Shown piece by piece: positions 41,018-52,623 of a stretch of 64,000 nucleotides of DNA. Origin of the DNA: Gammaproteobacteria bacterium (GTDB lineage Bacteria; Pseudomonadota; Gammaproteobacteria; Porifericomitales; Porifericomitaceae); contig JABAAT010000024.1 in the NCBI GenBank assembly GCA_014238615.1, positions 104,234 through 168,233 of the forward strand, in the 5' to 3' direction. Made by a program: the position numbers and the translations under genes. Positions within the stretch are counted from its first letter, which is position 1; every line of letters begins with the position of its first letter. The notes under the pieces were generated by a model that saw nothing but the letters and a program-made list of their open reading frames with translations, made no database searches and was not told the DNA's origin.

Positions 41018-42238
41018 CTACAGATGCTTACGAAACCACTCGCCGCAACGTTTCCAGAAACCGCCCGCGTCGCGGGCCTGGGCGCGATCCTTGATATTGC
41101 GGCCGAAATACAACAGGCCCACGCCGGCGGCGTAGGCAGGATTGCAGAGCGTGTCGTTCAGACCCGCGCCGGAGCGCGGCACGCCAGTGCGCACCGGTAC
41201 CCGGAAGATCTCCTCGGCCAGTTCCACCACGCCTTCCATGCGCGCGCTGCCGCCGCTCAGCACCACGCCGGCGGCGATGCTGTTTTCAAAGCCGCTGCGT
41301 TCCAGTTCCGTCCGCACCAGGCCGAATAATTCCTCGTAGCGAGGCTGAACCACCTCAACCAGGGTCTGGCGCTCCAGGCGCCGCGCCGACCGATCGCCGA
41401 CCCCCGGCACCTGGAGGTTTTCCTCCGGATTGCTGAGCTGGCCCAGGGCACAGGCATACCGGACCTTGAGTTCCTCGGCGAATTGGCGCGGGGTGCGCAG
41501 GGCCACCGCCAGGTCATTCGTCACTTGGTCTCCGGCGATGGGCAACACCGCGGTATGCTGCACGGCGCCGTCCCGGTACACGGTGATACTGGTGGTGCCG
41601 GCGCCGATATCCACCAGGCAGACGCCCAGCTCCCGCTCGTCTTCCAACAGCACCGCCTGGCTGGAAGCCAGTTGCTCCAGAATGATGTCGTCCACCTGCA
41701 GGCCGCAGCGGCAAATGCTCTTCTGGAGGTTCTGCACCGAACTGGAGGCGCCGGTCACCAGGTGCACGCGCACTTCCAGGCGCACGCCGGACATGCCCAC
41801 GGGATCGCGCACACCGTCCTGGCGATCGATGATGAATTCCTGGGGCAACACGTGCAGCAAACGCTGGTCGTCGGGAAGCGCCACCGCCCGGGCGGCATCA
41901 ATGACCCGCTCCACATCACCCCGGCTCACCTCACGGTCGCGGATCGCCACGATGCCGGTGGAGTTCAGGCTGCGCACGTGACTGCCGGAGATGCTGGCAT
42001 AAACCGAGTGAATTTCGCAGCCCGCCATCAGCTCCGCCTCCTGGATGGCGCCGCAGATGGACTGCACCGTGGAATCGATATTCACCACCACACCCTTCTT
42101 CAGGCCGCGCGAGGCGTGCACGCCCAGACCGATGATCTCCAATTCCTCACCGGGGCGGCATTCGGCCACCAGGGCCATCACCTTGGCGGTCCCCACATCC
42201 AGGCCGACCACCAGTTCTCGATCACCACTGCGTTTCAT
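41018..42238 (-). CDS. ftsA: Cell division protein FtsA
   Basis: GLDVGTAK, GLKKGVVVNI, GMSGVRLE, DIGAGTT. Confidence 0.98.
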   Translation of the reverse strand: MKRSGDRELVVGLDVGTAKVMALVAECRPGEELEIIGLGVHASRGLKKGVVVNIDSTVQSICGAIQEAELMAGCEIHSVYASISGSHVRSLNSTGIVAIRDREVSRGDVERVIDAARAVALPDDQRLLHVLPQEFIIDRQDGVRDPVGMSGVRLEVRVHLVTGASSSVQNLQKSICRCGLQVDDIILEQLASSQAVLLEDERELGVCLVDIGAGTTSITVYRDGAVQHTAVLPIAGDQVTNDLAVALRTPRQFAEELKVRYACALGQLSNPEENLQVPGVGDRSARRLERQTLVEVVQPRYEELFGLVRTELERSGFENSIAAGVVLSGGSARMEGVVELAEEIFRVPVRTGVPRSGAGLNDTLCNPAYAAGVGLLYFGRNIKDRAQARDAGGFWKRCGEWFRKHL

Positions 42239-43041
42239 GGTATTTCTCCCACGGCGTCTTCCCCGGCGATTCCTCCAACGCTTCTCATATCCAGGGAGTG
42301 CTCCGGCGCCGCGTGGAGCGCCGCCAGGCCACCGTCATAGCGCAGGTCGACACGCCGCAGCAGGGCCTTCCGCTCGGCGGAGAGAGTCACCGCATAGCGC
42401 AGCAGGCGCCGCACGCGCCGCGCCAGTTGTTCGGTCTGCCCCAGGTAGATGCGGGCGCCACCTCGCAAGCCGGCGACCCAGGCGCCGCGCGTGCTCAATT
42501 CCAGGTTTTCCAGGTACAACCCCGTGGCGGCGAAACCTTTCCGCAACGCGAGGTAATGGCTCAGCACGACGCGCGTGGCGTCGGGCGGGCCGCGCAACAG
42601 CGGCAAACGCGCCGTCTCCGCGTTGCCCCGGGCAGGGAATAATTCGCCGCGGGCATTCAGGAAGCCCTCCTCGCCCCAGCGCACCACCGGCCGCTGCTCG
42701 CGCAGCTCGACCTGCAGACGGTTCGGCCACAAGCGCCGCACCGTGACCGTCTCCACCCAAGCTTCGCTCAACAGCGCGGCGCTCACTTCTTCCAGGTTCG
42801 CGGCGAGCATGTTCCCCCGCAAATGCTGCTCCACGAGGCCACGCAGGCGCGCCACGCGCAGGTGCTGAAACTCGCCCCGTACCTCCACATTCAGGATGGG
42901 CCACAAGGAAGGCATGTGCCGCTGCAACCAGAAAACAGGTACCAGGAACAACACGGCCACCGGCAGCCAGGGCCACAGGCGCCGTTGAACGCGGCGCGGC
43001 GCGGCACCGGTGCGGGCGACAGACGGAGGCCGCTTACGCAT
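42235..43041 (-). CDS. ftsQ: Cell division protein FtsQ
   Basis: Single TM, POTRA 'WV..V.VRR.WP', VDLRY; lies between ddl and ftsA. Confidence 0.9.
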   Translation of the reverse strand: MRKRPPSVARTGAAPRRVQRRLWPWLPVAVLFLVPVFWLQRHMPSLWPILNVEVRGEFQHLRVARLRGLVEQHLRGNMLAANLEEVSAALLSEAWVETVTVRRLWPNRLQVELREQRPVVRWGEEGFLNARGELFPARGNAETARLPLLRGPPDATRVVLSHYLALRKGFAATGLYLENLELSTRGAWVAGLRGGARIYLGQTEQLARRVRRLLRYAVTLSAERKALLRRVDLRYDGGLAALHAAPEHSLDMRSVGGIAGEDAVGEIP

Positions 43042-44002
43042 TTTGCCCAGCGCCGCGGGGTGCGGCGCTCTCCAGGATGGTCAACACCAGGTCATCAAAT
43101 TCCATGCCCGCGGCGTGCGCCGCCTTCGGTACCAGGCTATGCGGCCCGAGACCGGGGACGGTGTTTATTTCCAACAGATGGAAGGCGCCTCCCCGCTCCC
43201 GCATCAGGTCCACACGGCCCCAGCCCGCAGCGCCGGGCGCCTCAAAAGCCTGCAACACCATGCGCGCCAGTTCGGCTTCCCCGGCCGTATCCAAACCACA
43301 GGGACAGAGGTAGCGGGTGGTGCTGCTCTCGTACTTGGCGTGGTAGTCGTAGAACCCGCCCGGGGTTTCCAGGCGAATCGTCGGCAGGGCGCGCGCGCCG
43401 AGTACACCCACGGTGTATTCCTCACCCTCGATCCAGCGTTCCACCAACACCCGGCCGCCGTAACCCACCGCCTGTTCCAGGGCGGTGCACAGCTCGCCCG
43501 CGGCATCAACACGCACGGCACCGAGGCTGGAACCCTCGCACACCGGCTTGACCATGAGCGGGTAGCCGAGCCGAGCCGCCGCCGCATCCGGCGCGGACTC
43601 CCCCGCACGCCATTCGAAAAACTCCGGGGTGGGCAGACCTCGCGCCTGCCAGATCTGCTTCAGGCGCGTCTTGTCCATGGACAACGCCGAGGCCAGCACA
43701 CCGCTGCCCGTATAGGGCACTCCCAGCATCTCCAGGGTGCCCTGCACGGTACCGTCTTCTCCCGCCCCACCGTGCAGGGCAATGAAGACCCGCGCGTCCG
43801 GCCGCAGGAATTCGGCTGGGAATTCGGTTGGGGTTCGCCGCGCCGGATCGAAGTCCACGGCCGGGATGCCCAGACGCTCCAGGCTCTCCAGCACCATGGC
43901 GCCGCTCTCCAGCGAGATGGAGCGCTCCAACGAGCTGCCGCCCCGCAATACCACCACGGCGCCGTGGTTCCCGGACCCTGCTGCGCGCGGCAGCTTCACC
44001 AC
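43034..44002 (-). CDS. ddl: D-alanine--D-alanine ligase
   Basis: GG.S.ER.ISL.SG, LHG..GEDG, SMDK, EGSS, FYDY.AKY, EINTVPG. Confidence 0.96.
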   Translation of the reverse strand: MVKLPRAAGSGNHGAVVVLRGGSSLERSISLESGAMVLESLERLGIPAVDFDPARRTPTEFPAEFLRPDARVFIALHGGAGEDGTVQGTLEMLGVPYTGSGVLASALSMDKTRLKQIWQARGLPTPEFFEWRAGESAPDAAAARLGYPLMVKPVCEGSSLGAVRVDAAGELCTALEQAVGYGGRVLVERWIEGEEYTVGVLGARALPTIRLETPGGFYDYHAKYESSTTRYLCPCGLDTAGEAELARMVLQAFEAPGAAGWGRVDLMRERGGAFHLLEINTVPGLGPHSLVPKAAHAAGMEFDDLVLTILESAAPRGAGQNA

Positions 44003-44943
44003 TGCTCCCCAGGCGGCGGCACGGCTTCCCCGATGATCACCACTTCCGTCTCAAGAGTCACCCCCGTACGTTTCAGAACCTCTCGCCGCACGCGATTAAT
44101 GAGACGCTCAATATCGGCCGCCGCGGCGCCGCCCTCGTTCACAATGAAGTTGGCGTGCCGGGGGGAAACCCGCGCGCACCCCTCCGCCGCGCCTTTCAGA
44201 CCGCAAAGCTCGATCAGCCGGGCCGCGTGCTCCCCGGGGGGATTGCGAAACACCGAACCACAGCTGTACAGGGACCGGGGCTGCGTGGCGGTGCGGTGCC
44301 GCAGTTGCTCCAGCATACGCTCGCGCACCACCGCTGCGGAATCCATCTTCAGGGCCAGGCACGCACCCGTGAACCACTCGTTCCGCGCCTCTCCGGAGAC
44401 GCGGCGCAGGCTCCGGTAAGCAGCCTGAAAATCCGAGGCCGAACACCGCCGAAGCCGGCCGCTCCGATCCACGGTCTCCACCTCAGTGACCAGCCTCCAT
44501 AATTCGTTGCCGTGGGCACCGGCATTCATCGCCAGGGCACCTCCCAGGGAGCCGGGCACGCCAGCCAGAAACTCCACCCCCGCCAGGCCCAGGCGCGCTG
44601 CACCGCGGGCCATGCGCGGACAGGGCACACCCGCTTCGGCCCACAGGCCGCCTTGAGGGTCAAACTCCAGCCGGTTCAGATCGCGGGTACATATCACGAC
44701 GCCGCGCAGCCCCCCGTCCCGCACCAGCAGATTGCTGCCGCGTCCGACCCAGTAGATCGCCTCGGTGGGCGACAGCTGCTCCAGGAAAGCGCAAAGATCA
44801 CGCAGATCCCGCGGTTGAAACCAGCGATCCGCCGAGCCGCCCGCGCGCCAGGTGGTATGGCGCGCCATTGGTTCCGCGCGGCGTACCCGAGACGCCATGC
44901 GTGCAACAACCCGGGTCGAAACCTCTTTCATGAGCGCCGCCAC
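43996..44943 (-). CDS. murB: UDP-N-acetylenolpyruvoylglucosamine reductase
   Basis: HTTWRAGG, GSNLLVRDGG, GGALAMNAGA, GSVFRNP, HANFIVN. Confidence 0.96.
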   Translation of the reverse strand: MAALMKEVSTRVVARMASRVRRAEPMARHTTWRAGGSADRWFQPRDLRDLCAFLEQLSPTEAIYWVGRGSNLLVRDGGLRGVVICTRDLNRLEFDPQGGLWAEAGVPCPRMARGAARLGLAGVEFLAGVPGSLGGALAMNAGAHGNELWRLVTEVETVDRSGRLRRCSASDFQAAYRSLRRVSGEARNEWFTGACLALKMDSAAVVRERMLEQLRHRTATQPRSLYSCGSVFRNPPGEHAARLIELCGLKGAAEGCARVSPRHANFIVNEGGAAAADIERLINRVRREVLKRTGVTLETEVVIIGEAVPPPGEQW

Positions 44944-44959
44944 GATGAGAACTCCCGTT

Positions 44960-46033
44960 TCATATGCGCGCCTCGCGCAGGCAATGATCGACCACTTGTT
45001 CCGCAGCGCGCGGTCGCGCCAATTGCTTCCCCGCGGCCGCCATGCGCCACAGGCTTTCGCGATCCCGCTCCAGGCGCCGCAACTCGTCCGGCAGGCGCAG
45101 CGCCAGTTCCTCTTGCGGCAGGGTCAGCGCCGCCCCGCCGCGCGCCAGGCAGGCGGCGTTCCGAGCCTGGTGATCGTCGGCGGCTCCCGGCAGGGGTACC
45201 AGGATGGCGGCCAGACCCACGGCGCAGAGTTCGGAGAGGGTCAGGGCGCCGGCCCGGCAGACCACCAGGTCGGCCCATAGGTAAGCCTCCGCGATATTTT
45301 CCAGGTAATCGTCCACACGCACCTGCGCGCAGGCGTCGTGGTAAGCCTCCCGGGTCGCCGCGCCGCGCCCCGCGCCCGCCTGGTGCCATACTTCCAGGGA
45401 CGGCCGACCGGCCAGACCGCGCAGCAGCTTTGGCATCAATTCGTTCAGTGCGTGCGCTCCCTGGCTGCCACCCAGCACCAACAGGCGCAGCGGCGCGGCG
45501 GCGGCACGCGCCGCGCGGCGCTGCCCGGGAGACGGCAACCCGGTCAATTCCGGGCGCAGGGGATTGCCCACGGTACGCGGCTCCAGGCGCTCCGGGAAGG
45601 CTCCGGGAAAGGCCTGCAGGACACAAACCGCATATCGGCTCAACCATCGATTCGCCAGTCCCGGCACGCTGTTCTGCTCATGCACGCAGAGCGGAATACG
45701 CAACAGGCGCGCCGCCAGGGCACCCGGCACACTGGCGTATCCCCCCATGCCCAGGGCCACCGCGGGGCGCCGGCGGCGCAGCCACCACACGGCGCGCCAA
45801 ACCGCCCAAGCGAAAAGCGGCCACATCGACAATGCCCGCAAGCCGCCGCCGCGTAGCCCCCTGACAGGCAGGCGCAGCAAGGGAATACCCCAGCGCGCCG
45901 CGACCTTTTGCTCCGGCCCGGCCGCACCCAGCCAACAGACATCGTGTCCGCGGCGGCGCAACTCCAGGGCCACGGAGAGCGCCGGGTACACGTGCCCGCC
46001 GGTACCGCCGGCCAAAAGCGCCACCTCAGGCAT
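44960..46033 (-). CDS. murG: MurG glycosyltransferase
   Basis: AGGTGGHVYP, HEQN, GNPLR, GGSQGA, RAGALTLSE, DDHQ..NA. Confidence 0.97.
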   Translation of the reverse strand: MPEVALLAGGTGGHVYPALSVALELRRRGHDVCWLGAAGPEQKVAARWGIPLLRLPVRGLRGGGLRALSMWPLFAWAVWRAVWWLRRRRPAVALGMGGYASVPGALAARLLRIPLCVHEQNSVPGLANRWLSRYAVCVLQAFPGAFPERLEPRTVGNPLRPELTGLPSPGQRRAARAAAAPLRLLVLGGSQGAHALNELMPKLLRGLAGRPSLEVWHQAGAGRGAATREAYHDACAQVRVDDYLENIAEAYLWADLVVCRAGALTLSELCAVGLAAILVPLPGAADDHQARNAACLARGGAALTLPQEELALRLPDELRRLERDRESLWRMAAAGKQLARPRAAEQVVDHCLREARI

Positions 46034-47213
46034 GGTCCCCGGGCGGCGGTATGCGCCGCACCTCCAGGCAGGCGCGCAGCAGCAGGCCGAGCAACAGGCA
46101 GGTGGCAAGCATGCTGCTGCCTCCGTAACTGAGCAATGGCAACGGCAGCCCCTTGGTGGGCAGCAACCCCAGGTTGACGCCGATATTCAGGAACACCTGG
46201 CCACCGAGCAGCAACCCGGCGCCATAGGCCACCCAGGCCGCGAAGAAGTGCCCAGCTAATACGGCGCGACGCCCAATGGCAAAACTCTTCCAGAGCAACA
46301 GGCTATATAGCAAAATGACGCTCAGACAACCGATAAAACCCAGTTCCTCGGCCAACACCGCGAAGCTGAAGTCGGTATGCGCCTCGGGCAGATAGAACAG
46401 TTTTTGCACCCCGTCTCCCAGGCCGACTCCCCAGAGTCCACCGCGACCAACGGCGATCAGGGACTGTGTCAGCTGGAAGCCGGAATCAAACGGATCCGCC
46501 CAAGGGTCCAGAAAGCCGAGCAGGCGCTCCATGCGGTATTCCGAGGTCAACAACAGGCAGCCGAACAGGGCGCCACCGATGCACAGCCATGCAGAGAGCC
46601 GCGCCAAGGGGGCGCCGGCAATAAACAACAACCCCAAGGTCAGTCCGAACAACAGCACGCAACTCCCGTAGTCCGGTTCCGCGAGCAGCAGCACGAGATA
46701 CAACGGAGTGATCAGGAACAGCGGCGCCAGGCACACCCAGGCTGAATCCCGCAGCCGCGCGCGGTGCCGCACCAGGTAGCCGGCCAGGTAAACAAGCAGG
46801 CACAGCTTGCTGAATTCGGAGACCTGCACACTGAAGGAAGCAAAGCGCAACCAACGCCGGCTGCCGTTCACCTCGTGTCCCAGCCCGGGCAGCAACACCG
46901 CGACCAAGCCCAGCAGACCGAACAGCAGCAACGCCGGCCCGAGCCACTGCCAGAGCCGCAGGGGAAGGCGCATGAGCAGCGCCATGCCGGCCAGGCCGAC
47001 GCCGCACCACAGCAGCTGCCGTTTCAGGAAGAACAGGGGATCACCGAAGCTCCGCTCGGCCAGGCTGACCGAGGCGCTGCAGAGCAGTACCAGGCCCAGA
47101 CCCAGCAGGAACAGCAGCACCCATAACAGCGTTTCCAGGTCCTGGTCCCGCTTTATGTGCCGGGCGCCGCCCGCCGCGGGGGCGGCGCTCAAGGATTGCG
47201 CGCGAGTCAACAT
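46026..47213 (-). CDS. ftsW: SEDS peptidoglycan polymerase FtsW
   Basis: NGSRRW, FLDPWADP..SGFQL.QS, LPEAHTDF, PTKGL.LP..SYGGSS. Confidence 0.96.
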   Translation of the reverse strand: MLTRAQSLSAAPAAGGARHIKRDQDLETLLWVLLFLLGLGLVLLCSASVSLAERSFGDPLFFLKRQLLWCGVGLAGMALLMRLPLRLWQWLGPALLLFGLLGLVAVLLPGLGHEVNGSRRWLRFASFSVQVSEFSKLCLLVYLAGYLVRHRARLRDSAWVCLAPLFLITPLYLVLLLAEPDYGSCVLLFGLTLGLLFIAGAPLARLSAWLCIGGALFGCLLLTSEYRMERLLGFLDPWADPFDSGFQLTQSLIAVGRGGLWGVGLGDGVQKLFYLPEAHTDFSFAVLAEELGFIGCLSVILLYSLLLWKSFAIGRRAVLAGHFFAAWVAYGAGLLLGGQVFLNIGVNLGLLPTKGLPLPLLSYGGSSMLATCLLLGLLLRACLEVRRIPPPGDHA

Positions 47214-48601
47214 GGCGCAAACTCCGGCAGCGCCAGCACCTGCTTCATGAAATCCTCGCCACGCTCCTCAAAATCCCGGTAGCTGTCGCGGGAGGAGCAG
47301 GCAGGCGCCAGCAGCACCGTATCGCCGGCGCGCGCGCAAGCCGCGGCGATCCGCACCGCCTCCGCCATGGTGGCGCAGCTCCGGGTATCCGTATGCGGCG
47401 CCAGCTGCGCTTCCAGAAGCGCGGCGTCGCGCCCCAGGCACAGGGCCAGCCGCACCCGTCCGCGCGCGGCCTCTGCCAGGCGACCATAGTCGTCATGTTT
47501 CGCCAGGCCGCCGCAGATGAGCAGCAGGGGCGCACGCTCACCCAGCGTTTCCAGGGCGACGCGGGCGGCCTTCACGTTCGTGGCCTTGGAGTCGTTGTAC
47601 CAGGCGACCCCGCGCCGCTCACCAACGCGCTGCAGGCGATGCGGCAACCCCCGGAAATCACGTAGAGATTCCACGACCTCCGGGATATCCAGACCGACCG
47701 CCTCCCCCAGGCACAGGGCCGCCAGCGCGTTACTCCAGTTATGTGGACCGCGCAAACACAACTCCTCTACCGGCAGCAGCGCCTTGCCGCGCCGCATCAG
47801 CCAGTCGCGGCCGGAGCGCTGCACCAGGCCGTAGGCGGCGCGCACCGCGCGCCGGCTGTAGCTCAGGATATCCCCCGAGCAGCGACACCCGTGGGCCAGC
47901 GCGTCATCCAGGTTCACGACCCGCACTTCAGCACCGCGATAGATACGACGCTTGACCCCGGCGTAATGGCGCAGATTCCGGTACCGTTCCAGGTGATCGG
48001 GGCTGACATTCAGCACGACCGCCGCTGCAGCGCCCATCCTCTCCACTCGTTCCAGCTGAAAACTGGACAGCTCCAACACATACAGATCCACATTCTCGTC
48101 CAGCACATCCAGCGCCGGGGGGCCGCTGTTGCCTCCCAGTCCGACACGCCAGCCGCTCGCCTGCATCAGGTGACGCAACAGGTGCACGGTAGTGGTCTTG
48201 CCGTTGGTGCCGGTCACCGCGACCACGGGAGCACGGCTGTGGCGCCGGAACAATTCGATATCCCCCAACAACGGCACGCCGGCAGCCGCAGCCTCCACCA
48301 GCGCCGCTTCGTTCGGAGACAACCCGGGGCTGAGCAGCAGGTAACCGGCCTGCTTCAGCAGTTCCACGCGTAGACCGCCGACGTACACCGGCGCCTCGGG
48401 AAAGTCGCGCCGCCAACAATCCAGGCCGGGCGGGCGGGCGCGGGTGTCGTTGCCGACAAAAGACACTCCCCGCCGCTGCAAAAAACGCGCGCAGGAGAGC
48501 CCGGTCAAACCCAGCCCCACCACCGCCGCGGTATGGTGTCCATGCTCCCGGGCGCTTCCCGGACACGGTTCGGCTTCCCGCAATGAAAGAAGATCCATCA
48601 T
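47207..48601 (-). CDS. murD: UDP-MurNAc-L-Ala:D-Glu ligase
   Basis: [44 protein letters not shown]. Confidence 0.95.
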   Translation of the reverse strand: MMDLLSLREAEPCPGSAREHGHHTAAVVGLGLTGLSCARFLQRRGVSFVGNDTRARPPGLDCWRRDFPEAPVYVGGLRVELLKQAGYLLLSPGLSPNEAALVEAAAAGVPLLGDIELFRRHSRAPVVAVTGTNGKTTTVHLLRHLMQASGWRVGLGGNSGPPALDVLDENVDLYVLELSSFQLERVERMGAAAAVVLNVSPDHLERYRNLRHYAGVKRRIYRGAEVRVVNLDDALAHGCRCSGDILSYSRRAVRAAYGLVQRSGRDWLMRRGKALLPVEELCLRGPHNWSNALAALCLGEAVGLDIPEVVESLRDFRGLPHRLQRVGERRGVAWYNDSKATNVKAARVALETLGERAPLLLICGGLAKHDDYGRLAEAARGRVRLALCLGRDAALLEAQLAPHTDTRSCATMAEAVRIAAACARAGDTVLLAPACSSRDSYRDFEERGEDFMKQVLALPEFAPC

Positions 48602-49680
48602 CGTATCTTCAAGCTCGCCAGCCCGATCAGTACCAGGATCACGGTGATGATCCAAAAGCGCACGATAATCTTCGGCTCCGGCCAGCCTTTGAGTTCAAAA
48701 TGATGGTGCAGCGGCGCCATGCGGAACACGCGGCGCCTGGTGAGTTTGAAGACCGCCACCTGGATGATCACCGAAAGCGTTTCCAGCACGAAGATACCCC
48801 CCATGATCACCAGCGTGAGTTCCTGGCGCACGATGACCGCCACCACCCCCAGTGCGGCGCCCAGCGACAAGGCCCCGATATCACCCATGAACATCTGCGC
48901 GGGGTAACTGTTGTACCAGAGAAAGGCGAGTCCGGCGCCGATGATGGAAGCACAGAACACCGACAGTTCCCCGGCGCCGGTAATATAAGGAATGCCGAGG
49001 TAGTCGGAGAAATACGTATGCCCGCTGAGATAAGCAAAGACGGCGAGCGCCCCGGCCACCAGCACCACGGGCAACACGGCCAGTCCATCCAGGCCGTCGC
49101 TGAGATTGACGCCGTTGCTCGTTCCCACCACGGTGAGCAGCGCCAGGATCGGGAAAAACCAACCCAGCTGCGGATTGATCTCCTTGATAAATGGAACCAG
49201 CAGCTGGGTTTCCTGCGGACTCCCGGCGCCCTGGAACAGGAGCACGGCGAAGCAACCGCCGAGCACACACTGCCAGAGGAACTTCGAGGACACGCTGAGA
49301 CCACCGGAATCGCGGCGACTGATTTTCAAGTAGTCATCAATGCCACCAAGCAGCCCGAAGCCCAGGCAGGTGAGCAACGCCAGCCAAACATACTGGTTAT
49401 CCAACTGCGACCAGCAAAGGGTCCCAGCCGTCACGCAGAACAGGATCAGCAGGCCGCCCATGGTCGGTGTGCCGAGTTTCTTCTGGTGTGATTCCGGACC
49501 TTCCGGGCGTATTTCCTGGCCGATGCGCCGCCGTTCAAGCAGGCGGATGAGAAACGGGCCGAGCAGGAAAGCGAGCAGTAACGCGGTCAGCAACCCCATG
49601 ATGAAACGCAGTGTCAGGTATTGGAAAACGCTGAAGCCGGAGTCGAAGCGCTCCAGGTATTCGGTGAGCCAGAGCAACAT
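48598..49680 (-). CDS. mraY: Phospho-N-acetylmuramoyl-pentapeptide transferase
   Basis: [36 protein letters not shown]. Confidence 0.98.
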   Translation of the reverse strand: MLLWLTEYLERFDSGFSVFQYLTLRFIMGLLTALLLAFLLGPFLIRLLERRRIGQEIRPEGPESHQKKLGTPTMGGLLILFCVTAGTLCWSQLDNQYVWLALLTCLGFGLLGGIDDYLKISRRDSGGLSVSSKFLWQCVLGGCFAVLLFQGAGSPQETQLLVPFIKEINPQLGWFFPILALLTVVGTSNGVNLSDGLDGLAVLPVVLVAGALAVFAYLSGHTYFSDYLGIPYITGAGELSVFCASIIGAGLAFLWYNSYPAQMFMGDIGALSLGAALGVVAVIVRQELTLVIMGGIFVLETLSVIIQVAVFKLTRRRVFRMAPLHHHFELKGWPEPKIIVRFWIITVILVLIGLASLKIR

Positions 49681-49684
49681 ATTG

Positions 49685-51088
49685 CTAATCTTCCAGGGCG
49701 CCGGGCGCCCTCACCAGGGACTCCACCAGGCGCTCCATGTGCGCCAGGCGCGAGCCCTTCACCAAGACGTGCAGATCGGTGTCGGCCGCGTCCCGCACCA
49801 GCGGCGCCACCGACTCCGGCGCCGGGACGCAGGAAGCTCCCGCGCCAAAGGCGGCGGCCGCATGCGCCGCCAGGTCTCCCACGCAGTAAAGTCGTTCTAC
49901 TCCAGCGGCACGCGCCGCGCGGCCGGCCTCCTCATGCAGCCGTGCGCCGGACGGACCCAATTCATGCATATCACCCAGTACCAGCCAGCGCCGTCCCGCA
50001 CAGGCGGTCAGCACTTCCAGGGCGGCGCGCAGGGAACCGGGATTCGCGTTGTAGCTGTCATCCAGCAACAGGCTGCCGCGCGGTCCCTGCCGCGGCTGCA
50101 GGCGTCCCGGAGCCGGGCGGCAGGATGCCAGGCCACGCACGATTTCCGCCCCGGGAACACCCAGAACGTGGGCCGCCGCCGCCGCCGCGAGGGCATTATA
50201 TAAGTTGTGCTTACCGCACAGGGCCAGGCGCACGGAGCCTTCAAACCCAGGCAGGCATAGCAGAAATTGCGCACCCGCGGCGCGCGCCAGCGGCCGCCAG
50301 GCGCGCGCGCTGACCTCGGCCCGCTCCGCCAGTCCGAAGCAGAGCACCCGCCCGGGCGCACGGCACCGCCAGGAATCAATGAAGACATCGTCAGCATTGA
50401 GCACCGCCGTGCCATCCGCCTCCATGCCTGCAAAGATCTCGGCCTTGACCGCCGCTACCCCGGCAAGGTCTCTCAGGCCTTCCAGGTGAGCCGGCGCGCA
50501 CTGCGTGATCAACACCACCCGCGGCCGCGTCCAGTGACTCAACCGGGAAAGATCGCCGGGCCGCCCGGCGCCCAGTTCCAGAACCGCTGAGCGATGCTCC
50601 GGGCCCAGCTCAAACAGGGTCAGGGGCACGCCGATGTCGTTGTTCAGATTGCCGCGTGTCATCAACACCGGGGCCACCGACCCCAGGATGGAACCGAGTA
50701 ATTCCTTGACCGTGGTTTTACCATTGCTACCGGTAACGGCGACCAGCGGTAACTCGAAGCGCCTGCGCCAGTCCGCCGCTAACGCGCCCAGGGCGGCGCG
50801 GCAGTCCGGCACCCCCAGCAGCGGCAGTTTCATGGGCACGCGCAAGTCCGATCGAGGTGGCGCGCGCGACAATTCCACCACGGCGCCGGCCGCGCCGGCC
50901 GCGTCGGCCTGCGCCAGGAAATCATGTCCGTCATAGCGCGGCCCCCGCAGCGCAAAAAACAACTCGCCGTCGCCCAGCCGCCGGCTGTCGGTACCACACC
51001 CCTGGAAACACCCGGACAGGTTCCCGGACCCGGCCCCAAGCTCGGCTCCCGTGACCCGCGCCGCCTCTGCCAGGGACATTTCAATCAA
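49685..51088 (-). CDS. murF: UDP-MurNAc-tripeptide:D-Ala-D-Ala ligase
   Basis: [41 protein letters not shown]. Confidence 0.96.
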   Translation of the reverse strand: MIEMSLAEAARVTGAELGAGSGNLSGCFQGCGTDSRRLGDGELFFALRGPRYDGHDFLAQADAAGAAGAVVELSRAPPRSDLRVPMKLPLLGVPDCRAALGALAADWRRRFELPLVAVTGSNGKTTVKELLGSILGSVAPVLMTRGNLNNDIGVPLTLFELGPEHRSAVLELGAGRPGDLSRLSHWTRPRVVLITQCAPAHLEGLRDLAGVAAVKAEIFAGMEADGTAVLNADDVFIDSWRCRAPGRVLCFGLAERAEVSARAWRPLARAAGAQFLLCLPGFEGSVRLALCGKHNLYNALAAAAAAHVLGVPGAEIVRGLASCRPAPGRLQPRQGPRGSLLLDDSYNANPGSLRAALEVLTACAGRRWLVLGDMHELGPSGARLHEEAGRAARAAGVERLYCVGDLAAHAAAAFGAGASCVPAPESVAPLVRDAADTDLHVLVKGSRLAHMERLVESLVRAPGALED

Positions 51089-52623
51089 CGGGCCTGCTCC
51101 ACCAGGCGGCGCACCAGTTCCCGATCGCTGTGTGGACGGGCCACGCCGCCCGCATACTGGAACTGCTCATGCCCCTTGCCAGCCACCAGTACGGTGTCGC
51201 CGGGCGCGGCCGCCTCCAAAGCCATGCGAATCGCGCGCTCCCGGCTTACTTCCACGCTGACCCGCTTCCGGCGCCGGACACCGGCCAGGATTTCATCGAT
51301 GATGGCCTGCGGATCCTCGCCCCGGGGATTATCGCTGGTCAACACCACCTGGTCGGCCAGCCAGGTGGCCAGGGCCCCCATACGCGGCCGCTTGCCTCGA
51401 TCGCGCTCGCCGCCACAGCCGAACACACACCACAGGCGCCCGCGCGTCCGGCGTCGCAACACCAGCAGGGCCGCACCCAGGGACTCGGGGGCATGGGCAT
51501 AGTCCACTACCACCAGAACGCCGCGCGGATGCGGGAAGCGCTCCATGCGACCGGCCGGTCCCGCGCGCTCACACTCCAGGGCGGAAGCCGCCGCCTCCGG
51601 CTCATGACCGAGCAACGCAAGCGTCGCCCAACAGGCCAGCAGGTTGGCGCCGTTGAAGGCACCCAAGAGCGGCGAACGGAGACGCGCCGCTCCCCAGGGG
51701 CTCCGCAGCTCCAACTCCAGGCCGGCGTCGCTCTCCCGGCAACGGCCGCTGACCGGCGTGCCCCGGCGGACCCCACGGCCCGGCGCATCACGGCGCAGCC
51801 TGTAGATCACCACCGGCAGTTCCACGGGCAGTTCCATGACCAGGCGCCACCCCCGCCGATCGTCGACGTTGATCACCGCGGCCCCCAGGCGCGGCAGGAG
51901 AAACAGGCTTTTCTTGGCTTCCCAGTAGGCTTCAAGCGAGGCATGATAATCCAGGTGATCGCGCCCGAGATTGGTAAAGATCGCGGCCGTGAAACACACT
52001 CCGGCGACGCGCTTTTGCCGCAGTGCGTGGGAAGAGACTTCCAGCACCGCGTGGGAAGCCCCCGCCTCTGAAAATTCATGCAGGCCGCGCTGCAGTTCCA
52101 CGGCCCCAGGCGTGGTGTTCGGGGAAGGCCGCAGGGCACCGGGAAACCCCGTGCCCAAGGTGCCCATGACGCCACAGGCGCGCGCATTCCCGGAGAGCCG
52201 GCAAAGCGCCCCGGCCAGGAGGCTGCTCACGGTGGTTTTACCGTTGCTGCCGGTGACCCCAATCACCCGGAGGCGGTTCGAAGGATGGCCGTAGTAGCGA
52301 TCCGCGAGGAGACCGATCCGAGCGCGCAGCTCCGGCACTTCCAGCACCGGGAAAGCGGCGTCCACGCGCCGCCGGGCGGCACCGGCGCCGCTCTCCACCA
52401 GGGCGCCAACAGCACCGGCGCGGCGCGCCTCCCCCAGGAAATCCGCGCCGTCACGCTCCAGGCCGCGACAGGCTAAAAACAGGTCGCCGCGCCGCACGCG
52501 ACGGCTGTCCTGGGCCAGCCCCGCCACCGACAATGCAGGTACCGAGGACAACTCCGTGAACCCCGCCAGCAGTTCCGGCAACGCACGCGGCACCGGCGAC
52601 TCCGAAGCTCGCGCGGCCTTCAC
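51085..52623 (-). CDS. murE: UDP-MurNAc-dipeptide:meso-DAP ligase
   Basis: [31 protein letters not shown] (meso-DAP motif), AGKGHE. Confidence 0.96.
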   Translation of the reverse strand: MKAARASESPVPRALPELLAGFTELSSVPALSVAGLAQDSRRVRRGDLFLACRGLERDGADFLGEARRAGAVGALVESGAGAARRRVDAAFPVLEVPELRARIGLLADRYYGHPSNRLRVIGVTGSNGKTTVSSLLAGALCRLSGNARACGVMGTLGTGFPGALRPSPNTTPGAVELQRGLHEFSEAGASHAVLEVSSHALRQKRVAGVCFTAAIFTNLGRDHLDYHASLEAYWEAKKSLFLLPRLGAAVINVDDRRGWRLVMELPVELPVVIYRLRRDAPGRGVRRGTPVSGRCRESDAGLELELRSPWGAARLRSPLLGAFNGANLLACWATLALLGHEPEAAASALECERAGPAGRMERFPHPRGVLVVVDYAHAPESLGAALLVLRRRTRGRLWCVFGCGGERDRGKRPRMGALATWLADQVVLTSDNPRGEDPQAIIDEILAGVRRRKRVSVEVSRERAIRMALEAAAPGDTVLVAGKGHEQFQYAGGVARPHSDRELVRRLVEQAR

